This document shows positions 27,101 to 39,619 of a DNA stretch of 64,000 nt, one piece after another. The DNA comes from Paraspadella gotoi (lineage: Eukaryota; Animalia; Chaetognatha). The stretch's first letter is position 1, and each line of letters starts with the position of its first letter. The stretch covers positions 2,145,030 through 2,209,029 of the forward strand of contig JBJCIZ010000239.1 of assembly GCA_051294375.1 (NCBI GenBank), given 5' to 3'. Under the pieces are notes generated by a model. The model made no database searches. It worked only from the letters and a program-made list of their open reading frames with translations, and had not been told where the DNA came from. The translations under genes were made by a program, and so were the position numbers.

Positions 27101-30100
27101 TAAAAAAACATTATAGCTTAACCTATAATCTAAATTTAGTTTAAAAAATATAGTTTTTGTAATTTTTAGCTAATATAAATTATGAAATAATTTTGATTAA
27201 GACTGATATTTTCTTTTAATCAACTTTTATGAGTAATTCGAATTTTTTATTCAAACCTAAAAAAAAACTATTTAAAATTTTAACATATTTTAATGGTAGA
27301 AGTACTATGTATAAAATATATATAATCATAAATATCATTATTTATACATAGTAGCTCCACCATAAAATGTTATAAAAATTTTAAATAGTTTTTTTTTGTT
27401 TTGAAAGACAAATTCGATACTCTATAAAATTGATAAAACGAAATATCAGTCCTTAATCAAAAATTATTAGGCTAATTATATTAGGCTAATGCAAGTTTAC
27501 AAATTAAAAAATAACATTTTTTTAATATAATGTCTTTAGTACAAAACTGGTTCATCGACGTATATTTTGATTTGCAAAACTTTCACGCGCCTTAATGCCG
27601 AAGCACCAAGCTGACATTGTCCAACCTCAACCACTCGAGGGCCATAATGCGCTGAAACTCCAGACCTTTGGTTAGAAGGCAAAATAGAGTACCTCCAGCT
27701 TCATCGACCTACCTTGAAATGGTATGGGGGACTTTGTTTTCACAAAATTACGAGGCTTTCCGCATTCCTTACGCTTTTGATTCTCAAATGACCATTGGTT
27801 CATCCGTGGCCAGAAAGACTTTCCCGCTTTGGTGCCCTTCGTGGGAGGGGCGTCTTTCTCCCAATTATCGTACACCACTCATCAACAGACACCATGTAAT
27901 TCAGAAAAATGGTAAAAGGCAGATTCTTTTGTTTGAGATGCTTGTCTGTTCGACGTACATGAATACTGACTATGGATGAGAGAAAGCCCATTTTAAGTTT
28001 TTGACTCCTAAAGGAAGCAAGTTTGAAGCATACAATGCCGGTCTGCCCAATCATTAGCGGTAAAGCAGCTGATCAGATAATTAATCTAATTATTAATAAA
28101 TAATAATATTAATTTTTTAATTCGTCGTCCAAAATCGTAATTGGATATTTGGTGGTTTTTTGGCTAAGGTGGGTACACGGCACGGACAACGAACAAAGGA
28201 CGGACATCATTTTTTGCATAATTTATCGTGCCACCACATCGCGCCAACCGGAATATAAGCCAGAAAAAGCCCGGGGCTTACCTTAGAAACGTGGGTCACC
28301 TTGTCCCTCCCCTAACCAACAGGGATCATGACATTGGTGGCGGGTGCTAGCAAAGCAGGGGATCTCCCACTCAGTGACGACCCGCGGTTCTCTAACGTGA
28401 GCAACTTGGTGAAACCGAAGATAAAATCCCCAGACCAAAACCATCAGGAGCCATCTCTGGCGGCCTGTGGCAAGCGGGCGGGCCAACCAAAGCCTGTGCA
28501 AAAGCATACGTGGGCGAGACAGGCCAAGTCTCTGATGGACCCAATTTCAGCAGCACACGAAGCCTTATCGCGCATGGCGAGAGGGCATTACTTATCTGCT
28601 GTAACGCCGAGCATACAGCAAGTACTGGCCATATATTCAGAGAAATCGGACTGTCTCGTGTATTAGAGGTATAGAGGTATTAGAGAGGCAATTTACTTAC
28701 ATCAAAAGCCCTCGAAAACCTCTTTGAAACCGTGATGGACGGACGATTCGATCTCCCTCCAAGCTACCAAATACGCTTATCAAAAGCTGGTGCCTTATCA
28801 GCAGATCCCGACTCTCATAATTCACTTTAGTCGGTCGCGTCGGTCCGCCCCTCAATATTGTCCGGCACAACCTTATATCATGTCAGAACAATCTCGAATT
28901 ATAATAAATTAATCGCAAAAAAATGTTGTCCATACCGTCCGTCTGTCTGTCCTGTCCATCCCGCATCCCGTCCCACCTTAGCAAAAAACAACCAATTACT
29001 CGTCGATTGGATGATGGGATTTGAATGAAATCTTCTTGTGTGTGGGTAGGGAAGTCGTGTGATTGAGCTGGATATAAAGTTTCGATGGATCGTCCGGTGG
29101 AAAAATGAAGTTTAAATGGAAAAAACAAAAAAAATATAATTCACCTATTTGAACAATTAATTGCTCATGAGTGATGGGGGCGATTGACGCTGGAATTTGT
29201 ATGTGATCACGGAAAAGTTGTGTGACTTGAACAGGAAACCAAGTTTCAATGGAATCGTTATTGAGTGGAAAATGAGTTTAAATGGAAAAAAAAACAAAAA
29301 AACCTCTTTCCTAATTGATATGCCTTCTTTTTCCTTTTATATTAAATGTATAAGCAGGATGAATAATAAATCAAATAAATTAATCAGCTTAATTAATCAA
29401 TCAGTCCAATTTAAATAATCACTAATTAATTAATCAGTCAATCATCAGTCCAAATTGGTCCGCACTTAGCACAAAAGCCCCCAATAACTCGTGATTGGCT
29501 GGTTGGATCGGAATCGAAATTTTGTGTAATGGGTAGGAACAATGAGTGGATGAAGCTGCGAATAAATTTTGATGGAATCGTGTTGAGTGGAAATGAGTTT
29601 AAATGGAAAAAACATAAGTCGCATTTACTAAAATCTTTTTTAAACTTATTTTAACGCAATAAATACTCTATTAATCATAATTGGATGGATAGATTAAGTT
29701 CAAAATTTTGTGTAGTGGTAGGAAAATGTGTGAACGAAGCCTTGCATAATAAAAAGTTTCGGTAATGAAGTGGAACATGAGTTTAAATGAAAAAAATAAG
29801 TGAAGTCAACATCTTACTTGACTCTTACTTATTTCTAACCCATAATAAGATTGAGATGAAATTTTGTCAGCGGGAAGAAAGTTGGTGTGAAAGAAGCTAG
29901 ATAATCAAGTTTTGACGGAATTGTGGCCAGTGGAAATGATTAAAATGGAAAAAAATATAAGTCACATTTTCCTTTATTTTTAAGGACAATCGATGATGAT
30001 AAGCAGTATATAAATTTCAATAAACTAATTTACTTAAATATAAAATTAATTAATTAATTAACTCGATTAATTAATTAATTTTCCGTAGGCATATCCGACA

Positions 30101-33100
30101 ATTGTTTGCTCAAACTTGTATTTTTATATTTATAAATTACCCAAGTTTAGTCTCCCCAAACTTTTTTTCCTACCTTTTTGTATTCATCCATTTTAAATTC
30201 AATTTTCCTCAATTATTTTTTTTACAATTACAGCTGTAAGTTCTTCAGCTCTCTTCCTTTTCTTTCCTGTAAAGATTTTATATATATCATGACTAACCAT
30301 GGATAATTTTCAGTTTTTTCCTCACTAAACTTTTTGTTAACTTTTCATCTTTATATTCCTATCGTAATTCCTTTACCTGAATCCGTGATATTTTGCATTT
30401 TTACAACAGTATTTCTTTATAGTTCTTTAAGTTTTCCTTGCCTCAATGATTTTTAATTAATAATATAACATAATACGTATCAATTTATGATTTTTTATAA
30501 AGATTTTTAAATATTTAAAATATTTAAAATGTTTAAAAAGCTTAAAGTCGCATTTATTGAATTTTGCATAAATTCTATAATTAGATTTTATTATTTAAGA
30601 TGAAGAACTATTTACTAAAAATATATAAAAAATACTTTTTTTTAAATATCATCATTTGGTATAGAGAAAGTAATAAATTAATATGAAATCGATTTTCAAT
30701 AACATAAATTTTTGTTGTTATATTTTATTTATTAATATATTGAATTTTTTTTTCTTTCTTATCGATGACTTTTCAAAACTTAAGAAAGATTTTTCCCTAT
30801 TCCACAAGAAGGAATCATGATTTTTTAAATCTGAAATTTGTGTATTGCTGTTTTTTTCTGTTTTCAAAATTTTTTTGAATACTCTATGCAAAAACAGCAA
30901 AAAAATATAATCAAATAATAAAATACAAAAAATATAATAAAAGGAAAACATTTAAATGAAAAAAATAAGGACAAAAATAATCTTTTAATTACATAACACA
31001 ATTATATAAAAAATTTATAAATACAAAAATGTACTTCTAAAATTCTTTAAAACGTCTTCACAAGCACAGGGAGTATAATAATTTAAGATTTTATGAAATT
31101 GGTACAACCAATAAAAAATTATCCATCCTCATCTTAAATCGATAAGCTTTTTGCCCCTGACTTTGGACAGGCTCTGGTGTCTAAGGCCTGTCCATCACTC
31201 CTAACACAGATAATAACATAGCAGGTTCACACAAGCTTTCAATCAAAGACTCTCTCACAGTCTTATTTATTCACTCCCAGAGTACCTGGCCTTTCCCTAT
31301 CAAATGAAAATCGGTAATAATTTTTCAAGAATGTTCAAATTGTATGAAAATTTTCGTTTTAATTTGACATAAAAAACCTAATAAGCCATGAGATAACCCC
31401 TGATTGACTTCTTTTGAATCAGTGATTGCAAAAGTTTGAAAAGAAAAAAAATCTCCGGTTGATACCATTAACCTTTCTCCTATAGTATTAACTAATAATT
31501 ATACAGTATTCTCTTAAGTTACAGAGCATTTGAAATGAATTGACCAATGGAACCGACCGGACGAACCCGTAAATCAACTACCAAAATTGTCCTTTCAGGC
31601 TTACACTGTGTGTACTAGTTGTGCAAAAAAATTTGGTACCTTAATCCAATCCACATACCGCGGCTGGGGAAACGAAAAGAGGTACTTGACACATTTTGAC
31701 CCACCCACCAGTCTGTAGGATGTTCTCGTCAAACGTTCGAGTTCTGGTCTGAGGTTCCGCCGGGATAAGTTTGGAGGGTAATAGATTAAATGCTCCGCAA
31801 ATTTTGAAGAGGCCAGTCTTCTTTGTTATTGCTACCTCAAGGACGTTGGGATAATTTCATGGGAGAACCAAGTAAATATAATTAAGGGAAAACCTTTAGA
31901 TTCTAAAAAAATTTAATAAAGCTCAGCTAAGATGAATACATAAATCATTAAGTTTTTGCCAATTATTTTACAAAATCATAGATGTTAGTAGAAAAGATAT
32001 TAAGCATTAAACCAGCATTATTAACTAAAACGTAAAAGGACTGACTAATAGAGCATTTAAAAAATAACAAATATAAACAAAATTGAAATAAGGTCCATAA
32101 AGCTATTTTAGTGTAATCCAATCTGTGAATTCCGAAACGGCTTGATAACCATTTTTAGTAATTGTTTTCATCTTCTTTGTCGGAAATGGCGATTTTGCAA
32201 GCCATATAAGGATACTATATCAACACATGGCAATAAAACAATTGTAGAGTAAAAAGAAACTCAAATTANNNNNNNNNNNNNNNNNNNNNNNNNTTAAAAT
32301 TTTATAAAAGCTATATTTAGCTTACATAATATGCAAATAAAGATCCATATAAATATTTCGGTAAGTTTATTTACAAATTTTATTTTTATTGTTTGTAAGC
32401 TATATTTATTAATAAATAATAATAAAAAATAAGCTAAAGTAAAAATATTAAAATTTTTAAATTTTTCAACCGGATTTGAATTCCTTACAAAAAGTTGATA
32501 TAAGAAAATATATCCATTTTAACAAATTCTTTTATTAAGTAGGTTAAAAATATTAAAAACTATTTTTTTTATTTAATTTTTTAATTTTTTGCTTAAAATT
32601 ATAGTTTTTTATTTTATTTGGACCAACTTAATGACATAATTTTGATATAAAAATTATATTTTCTTATATCAACTTTTTGCAAGGAATGCAAATCCAGGAA
32701 TAAAATTTTGAAATTATTATTTTTAAACTTTAACCTAATTTTTACTCATAATTATTAATAAATATAGCTAACTTGTTATAAAATTTAGAAATAAATTTAC
32801 CAAACGATTTTTATAAGTATTTATTTTTATATTTTAAAACCTCATGTAAATTTTATAAAATTTTAATAATTTGATTTATCATAACTTATAATTGTTTTTC
32901 TTATTATCACAATTTTATATACATTAAAAATCGGCATTTTCGAAAAGAACGATCAAATTATACAAAAAAACGGTCATCACCATCAAATTCTACAGACTTG
33001 TTTACACTAAAAAAGCTAAGTACCTTATTCGATTTGTTATATGTTGTTATTTTTAAACGCCCTACTGACTAAGTGTATTGTTGAGTTGAGACTACTTCAA

Positions 33101-36100
33101 TCGACTAAAGATGGAGACAGGATGTGGGAAGCAAAAGCAAAAACACTACCAGTGGCTGCGCCAATACATGTAAATTGCTTTCAAGGGCTTAAACTGAACT
33201 GTTAAAGTGATTTACAAAAAAATGACAGACCAAAAAAGATCAAAATTCAAGGGTAAAGTAAATCGCTAAAGCGAAGAGTGGCAGATTTTATGTAATGAGA
33301 AAGTGAGAAAGAAGATAAGAAGTGATTAGGAATAATGTATGCACTATTGAACTTTATTTGGTACTTGATTTCATGGTTTCCTATATAGATTGACGCGGCG
33401 GCTAGTTCATTACATCCCTAATTATCAAAATCCCAAAACCGATAAACTGATAAACCTGGTTCTGCACCACGGGCTGCTGTAGAGACGGTGCAGGTTCGAG
33501 AGATTGGAAGTAACTCGCCCTCCCAGCCTTTTTCTTTGTTGTACAGCCAATCGGAAGAGTCAAGAATCAGGGTTCGGTTGGTTGCTAATGCCAAGACGAA
33601 GCATGCGACCAAGTCGTGAAGATTTCCACCAAAGCCGATATGGTCTGAAGGCACAAACAAAAATAATTAGAAAATGTTAAGACTTACTTTAAAAAAGTCA
33701 TATTTAGAAATAAATTCTACATTAACAAATTTATCATAATACGCTTAATATTGATTAGTGTTGGTTGAATATAAAAATATGTTTACTAACTGTCTGCCAT
33801 GCAAATAAGTTTTCTTGCCATATTGCAATTTGGTGGATTCTGTATGCGCTCAAAATATCTTTGGACAATGTCGACCAAAGATTGGAGCTCCCTCTGTCTC
33901 CACCCAGGGCTTGCGTCCAATTCCCGAAATGCTTTGAAATCTTCAATCTGGGTCCAAAGCCGATCCCTAGGTAAGAAGAAATTTCTACTGGAGTATTATA
34001 GGCCAAAAGTTTATCGGATCTCAAAGACAACATCTAACCCAAGATGAGTGGGCCTAAAAAATAGGTTTCTTCCAATTCAATCCATAAAAACGATATATAG
34101 GTAAGAACATCGAGTTATGATAAATTATGGGAAAAATTGTTTTTTGAGACAAAAACGATTTTATTTGCCTCAATAACCAATTTTTCGTTAAATCCGTCCG
34201 TCTGTCCATCCGTCTGTCTCAACTTAGCATTAAACTCCAATACTCGTGATTGGATGGTTGGATTACAATGAAATGTGTTTGAGCAGGATATAAAATAATA
34301 AATCAGTTTAAGAGGAAGGTGTGGACGAACAACCACAACACGCAACCTCGGTCAAACCATTGACCTTACTTTAACCTTACCCTCGATCGTTTTCCCCCAG
34401 TTCCTTTATGGTCAAACCTGACCTTGTAAATACCATTGTTATAGACTTAGCATCTGAGCCTTTTCATTGTTATCGTTATATTTACTTGTTGAAGAATAAA
34501 TCATTCTTACTCTGAAAACTTGTTCCGTCCACAAAGGGTCATTAAGCTTCACTATTTATAAACTTTTATGTATACAGCTATCACATCAGCTTATCAGCAG
34601 ATTCCGACTCTATAATTCACTTTGTCGGTCCGTCGGTACGCCCCGTCAATCTTGTCGGGCTTTTACAGATATCATGTGAGAACATCGAATTATGATAAAT
34701 TATGCAAACAAAAAACGATGTCTGTCTGTCTGTCTGTCCGCCTGTCTGTCACACCTTAGCAAAAAACACCAATTACTCGTGATTGGATGGATGGTTTGGA
34801 ATGAAATTTTATGTGTGGGTAGGAAAGTGTGTGATTGTGCAGCAGTTTATGCAATGTTAAACTGTCTGATTCACTTAAATTTTCTTGGAGATTCAAGACT
34901 TTTGTCGTATGTCATACCCTAAGAGAGTAACAAAGATTAGTTGTAAAACAATGCTACTGGTCAGAGAAAGAGAACATGGAGGAGAAAGGGTTTTGTTTAA
35001 TCATATTTTTGCCTGGTTGTGCTGAAAAATGTTCCAGAAGTGTTTTTTATTTTTATTGCCAATTCATGAGCCTTCTTTATGGCATAACCAAGTTTGAGCA
35101 AACAATGTCGGATCTGCCCATTAATTAATTACCACCAATGATCATGGGCAGATCCGACATTGTTTGCTCAAACTTGTTTATGCCATAAAAAAGGCTCATG
35201 AATTGGCAATAAAAATAAAAATACATTTCTGGAACATTAATACAAACTATAGAAATTAAAATAATAATTTAATTAATAAATTAAACTGATTAATTAATTA
35301 TTTATTAATTAATTGATTAATTGATTAATTAACTGATTAATTATTTGATTAATTAATACATCTTGGATTTACATTTAATATAAAAAGAAAAAGAAGCATA
35401 CTCAATTAGTGAAACAGGTTTTTTGTTTTTTCCAATTAAACTCATTTCCACTCAAACGATTCCATCGAAACTTGATTTCCAGCTTAATCACACCGTTTCC
35501 AACCCACATACAAAATTTCAAGTCAATCGCCCCATCCTAAGTTGTAGTTCATTCAAATAGCGATGCCGCCGGCGATTCACGCACGAGTCGCAGGTGTGGT
35601 TCTAGTTGGTTGGCGACTTCGTCATGGCGATATCAATTCCATCGAAATTTGATTTCCAACTCAATCACACACTTCCCTACCCAAACACAAAATTTCATTC
35701 CAATCCATCCATCTAATCACGAGTAATTGGAGTTTTTTGCTAAGGTGGGACAGACGGACGGATGGACGGACATCGTTTTTTTGCATAATTTATCATAATT
35801 CGATATTCTGACATGATATATGTGAATGCCTGACAAGATTGAGGGGACGGACCGACGGACCGACAAAGTGAATTATAGAGTCGGGATCTGCAGACTAAAA
35901 ATTGATTACAGGTGAAGAGACAATTATTAATGTTATGTGTCAGTGACAGAACCGTTCAATATAAGCAGTATGGTGAAGTGAAAGTTTGGAATCAAAATTT
36001 AGCAGTTATATCTTGAAAACTATTATATTAGTGAATACTATTCTGTAATTATTTTTCTTTTTTTATAAATATAGTAGCCCAGTCAGCTTATTTTGTATAT

Positions 36101-37608
36101 AGTACTACCCTTATATAATAGAGTAGAGCACTAGGGAACATAAATTTTATTTGAGTGATCAAACAAGTATAGTTTACGACAGTGAGATAGTATGATTAAG
36201 GAGTACAAAAAATATTTTGCTTATATTGTTTGGGAACAGTATCATTAATTACAATACATTTATAGTAATATTCTTATAAAATCATAATTTTCAAAATAAT
36301 TTTTTTTTTAATTTGTTAAGATTCTGATTCTTCACAAAAAGTTAGATCAAAATATAAAAATATGTTATTAAAACTTTTAATGTCTTCAGCGTCAAAAATG
36401 GAAAAAAAAGGTCAAATTCTCTACTTTTTTTACACTTGTAGTAGAAACTATTATATGATGAAACTTTTTAATCATTTTCGCAGCTTAACCTAAAAATATC
36501 ATGTAACATATTTTACAAAAGTTTTTCAGTTTGTTTCCGGGCGAATCCAAAACTGTTTTTAAAATTAAGAAAAATAGATTTTTGACCAATTTATGATTAT
36601 AGAGATATTACTATTAATATAATAATTCAATTAATGATAACTGTTATGGCAAATTTTTTGTTTGAAAAAGGGCTTTTAATTATTTTATTACATATGTCAA
36701 AAGGCCACCAAAAAAAATAGATGTTCCAGCTCCAGCCAATCTTTTCATCACTCCACCCTATATCATAAATGTCAAATTTCAAAATATTTTTTAAAAATTC
36801 TGAGAACAGATTCAGATTCCTTGATCTTAAAATTAAAAATTTGTATTTTGAAATTTTAGCTTATATATACTTATTACTATTATATAAATATCGCTCACTG
36901 GTGACGCACGTAATGAATGAAATTAAAAAATAAATTTACCGAAGTATTTTTATTGGTTTTAATTTTCATTGTTTTATATGCTAAATTTTAATTTTTTTAA
37001 ATTTAATCATTTTACATCACTCGAATAAGCAGTCCCTGAGCTTTGGATCAGGCTGTAACACCGTGTTACAGGCGGTTAAGTCCCGTCCCACTCTTAAGGC
37101 TGCTAGGGCGACCGGACGGGCTACGTGTGTAAGGAAGCCGCCGGAGAACCTTGTTGGGTTAGGAGGGCGAATGGACGGTTGCGGCGTCGCGGCAGGCCAA
37201 TGGCCGCTGCATGAACGGTTGATGGATTTTAGTCCACCATACAGGTATAATTGTCACAATAAGCGCAATGGCAACCCACCTGCTTTCTAGCCAGATTTCC
37301 TTCACGGTATTTGACGCCTTTTCGACCGACTTGCGCATTTTCTTAACATTTTTTTCTCTGGCCATTGATGACAAGTCTTGCCGTAAATTCTCCAGTTGAG
37401 CTCTCAAGAAGCTCTTCAATTTGCGAGGGCCACTTTCAACTCTAAACCTGGTCAGTTCATGATCGACCGATGGGAGTTGTGGCTTTTGTGGGCAATGTTG
37501 TTGATTGGCAAAGTTAAAAAATTGAAAATTTAATGTAACAAAGACGGCCAATATAAAAATTAAAGACAGATAAGCTAAACGAGAGCGTCTGTGAAATAAT
37601 CGATACAT
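18122..37608 (-). CDS. FUT8: Alpha-1,6-fucosyltransferase FUT8-like (GT23), divergent, 8 exons, 549 aa
   Basis: Exons 37608-37280, 33966-33791, 33644-33456, 25006-24765, 21177-20951, 19697-19547, 19484-19323, 18295-18122 sum to 1650 nt, all in phase. N-terminal TM and coiled coil, IQNPPNC..ARKLIC, NRTLILDS, WWVGQMVKYLFRPQP, IHVRRTDK, VFLATDEP, RYTPESLRGVIRDI, DFLVCTSSSNVCRLAYELMQ, C-terminal SH3 (VGD..GTNTRTKKRGIVPSHKV). Confidence 0.92.
18653..19293 (+). repeat. Tandem pair of structured repeat family 1 with ~180 bp spacer
   Basis: Copies at ~18653-18888 and ~19073-19293; the spacer has a ~48 bp internal duplication (CAGGCGACATG...GATGCACTTTCCGCC). Lies in the last FUT8 intron. Confidence 0.85.
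20282..20656. mobile_element. AT-rich MITE with terminal inverted repeats
   Basis: ATATTTATACATAGTACTCAC at the left end and GTGAGTACTATGTATAAATAT at the right end, with further subterminal inverted similarity. Confidence 0.65.
21187..21395 (-). mobile_element. DINE-1/HINE-like element (partial)
   Basis: Reverse complement of the family core and 3' end (ACAAGTTTGAGCATACAATGCCGGATCTGCC). Confidence 0.7.
22102..23352 (+). mobile_element. Near full-length DINE-1/HINE-like element with expanded central tandem repeats
   Basis: 5' TTTTAGTCGGATCTGC with adjacent inverted GCAGATCCCGAC; (GTCC/GTCT)n; about 5 degenerate central units (GGTAGGAAAGTGTGTG...GTGGAAATGAGTTTAAATGGAAAAA); 3' subTIR GCAGATCCGAC plus short hairpin, ending in a T-rich site. 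This is the architecture described for Drosophila DINE-1. Confidence 0.8.
25721..32202. other. Indel-ridden duplicate of ~18785-25300 (FUT8 exons 4-7); probable unpolished long-read gap fill or alternate haplotype
   Basis: Colinear with the first copy but dominated by single-base insertions that frameshift every exon; ends ~65 bp before a 25-N gap (32269-32293). Confidence 0.8.
32294..32870. mobile_element. Nested palindromic MITE(s)
   Basis: Long inverted arms AGCTATATTTATTAATAA...GGATTTGAATTCCTTACAAAAAGTTGATATAAGAAAATA vs TATTTTCTTATATCAACTTTTTGCAAGGAATGCAAATCC...TTATTAATAAATATAGCT (~32397-32770), inside a second outer inverted pair. Confidence 0.6.
34597..35900. mobile_element. Cluster of DINE-1/HINE-like copies (plus-strand partial 34597-34840; minus-strand 35088-35900)
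   Basis: Family core sequences in both orientations, with head-to-head 3' ends at 35088-35177. Confidence 0.7.
36120..36759. mobile_element. MITE, inverted sister of 13729-14347
   Basis: AGAGTAGAGCACTAGGGAACATAAATTT ... CTTTTCATCACTCCACCCT; colinear reverse complement of the 13.7 kb copy. Confidence 0.75.
37022..37243 (-). repeat. Structured repeat family 1 copy (noisy centre)
   Basis: AAGCAGTCCCTGAGCTTTGGATCAGGCTGTAACACCGTGTTACAGG ... GGATTTTAGTCCACCATACAG. Confidence 0.8.
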
Positions 37609-38523
37609 TTTGGCGTTGATGTATCAACCATACATCATATATAAAAACCAATATGTTTTCTTGTCCTGATTTTTGTTTGTTTGTTTAAAGTTTAATTATT
37701 TTACACTGAAGACATCTGTGTAGAAACAATGATATTTTTTAACCAAATAAATAATACTTGAGCAAACGACGTTGGATCTGCCCACAATAATCTCATTCTC
37801 AGTTATTGTTCTTGCTGTGGCCGTTGTGATTGTTTGTGGTAGTAGTTGTGGTTGTTATATTGATTTTTATATGCAAGTCCCTATGGTACTGACCATTTAC
37901 TTTTACTCATTGAGCGAAACTGAGTTAAATATTCTTTCCAAGACGATGTCAAAGATAAATTCATGCTCTTTATATGATTATAATGATACTATGTTTGAGC
38001 TACCTTGGCTGAATTTCTTTATTTCAGCTGATTTTCCCTGAGATGAAGATCGAGAAACGAACATTTTTTAAATGTTTAATTACATCGAGAATCAACACAT
38101 TAGAACACAAACCAAGAAGTGTGGATAAGGCGCTAAGTAGGCTAAAGACTACTACCTGTAACTTCTGTACCCCCTCAGCAGCAATGGAACGGGTTCTGGG
38201 CTTGTAACCAGGCTTGAGCGTTTTCCATGCCTCCAAGGCGGTTTACAGCCATCCTCACACTTCCCGCAGGGTAGGTACCAGGTTGGGTTTCATTTTTGCT
38301 GTCTCTCTCTCTCTCTCTCTTGCTCTTGCTCTCTCGCATCATTGATCAATTAAATTGATGATTATGAATTGATGATCGTGAAGTGACGATTGTTAATTAT
38401 AGATTGTGAATTAAAAATTTGAAATAAAAAAAAATTATTTCACAATCTGTAATTCATGAATTATAGACGATGAATTAAAAATCTTAAATAAAAAATAACA
38501 ATAAAAAACGAATATTAAAAAAA

Positions 38524-39351
38524 CAAGTTTGAGCAAACAATGTCGGATCTACCTACGATAATTAAGCGGTAATCAGCTAATCAGATGATAAATCACAATA
38601 TTTTTAAAATTTTTTTAAAACTCGCATCATTTTTTCAACTTGCATCATTTTTTTCACTCACATCATTTTTTCAACTCACATCATTTTTTCAACTTGCATA
38701 ATTTTTTCAATTTGCATAATTTTTTTACATTAATTAATTTAAAACATTTATTAGTAACCATAATAAAGTAAATGTGACTTATGTTTTTTTCATTTAAACT
38801 CATTTCCACTGGCACGATTCCGTTAAAACTTTATATCTAGCTTCTTCACACACTTTCCTACCTGCACACAAAATTTCATCTCAATCTATTAATTCAATTA
38901 TGATAAATTCAAGTAATTATGGGTTAAAATAAGTAAAAAGATTCAAGTAAATGTGACTCACTCAATCTATCCATCCAATGATGATTAATTAGAGTAATTA
39001 TTGGTTAAAATAAGTAAAAAGATTTTAGTAAATGCGACTTATGTTTTTTTCCATTTCAACTCATTTCCACTGGCTCGATTCCATCGAAACTTTATATCCA
39101 GCTTCATCACACACTTTCCTACCCACACACAAAATTTAATTCCAATCCAACCACCCAATCACGAGTTATTGGAGCTTTTTGCTAAGGTGGGACGGACGGA
39201 CGGACTGATGGATGGGCAGACGGACAGACATCATTTTTTTGCATAATTTATCATAATTCGATGTTCTGACATGATGTAAGTGAATGCCCAACAAGATTGA
39301 CGGAGAGGACCGACGGACCGACAAAGTGAATTATAGAGTCGGGACTAAAAA
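38524..39351 (-). mobile_element. DINE-1/HINE-like element
   Basis: Starts CAAGTTTGAGCAAACAATGTCGGATCT, ends GTGAATTATAGAGTCGGGACTAAAAA; has an 18-19 bp minisatellite (CATCATTTTTTCAACT) at 38625-38730. Confidence 0.75.
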
Positions 39352-39619
39352 TGAAATAATTTTTTAAAAAATATAAGATTCGTTATAATTAATCATCTGT
39401 TTAGCTGCTTCCCGCTAAATTATCGTGGGCAGACCCGACATTATTTGCTCAAACTTGTTATCGAAACGGTCAAGTGTGTAAATTATAAAAACAAAAATTG
39501 ATTGTGAAAAATATTTTTAGAGGAATCACTGAAATGAATTTAGCTGGTGAATTTGTTAATAACGCGTTCGATGAGGCGGTAAAAGAGAGATGGGAGCGAG
39601 ACGGAGTGTCTAAATATGG

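Noticed and set aside
25721-32202. FUT8 pseudogene
   Set aside because: The error pattern and adjacent 25-N gap indicate a raw-read artefact rather than evolutionary decay.
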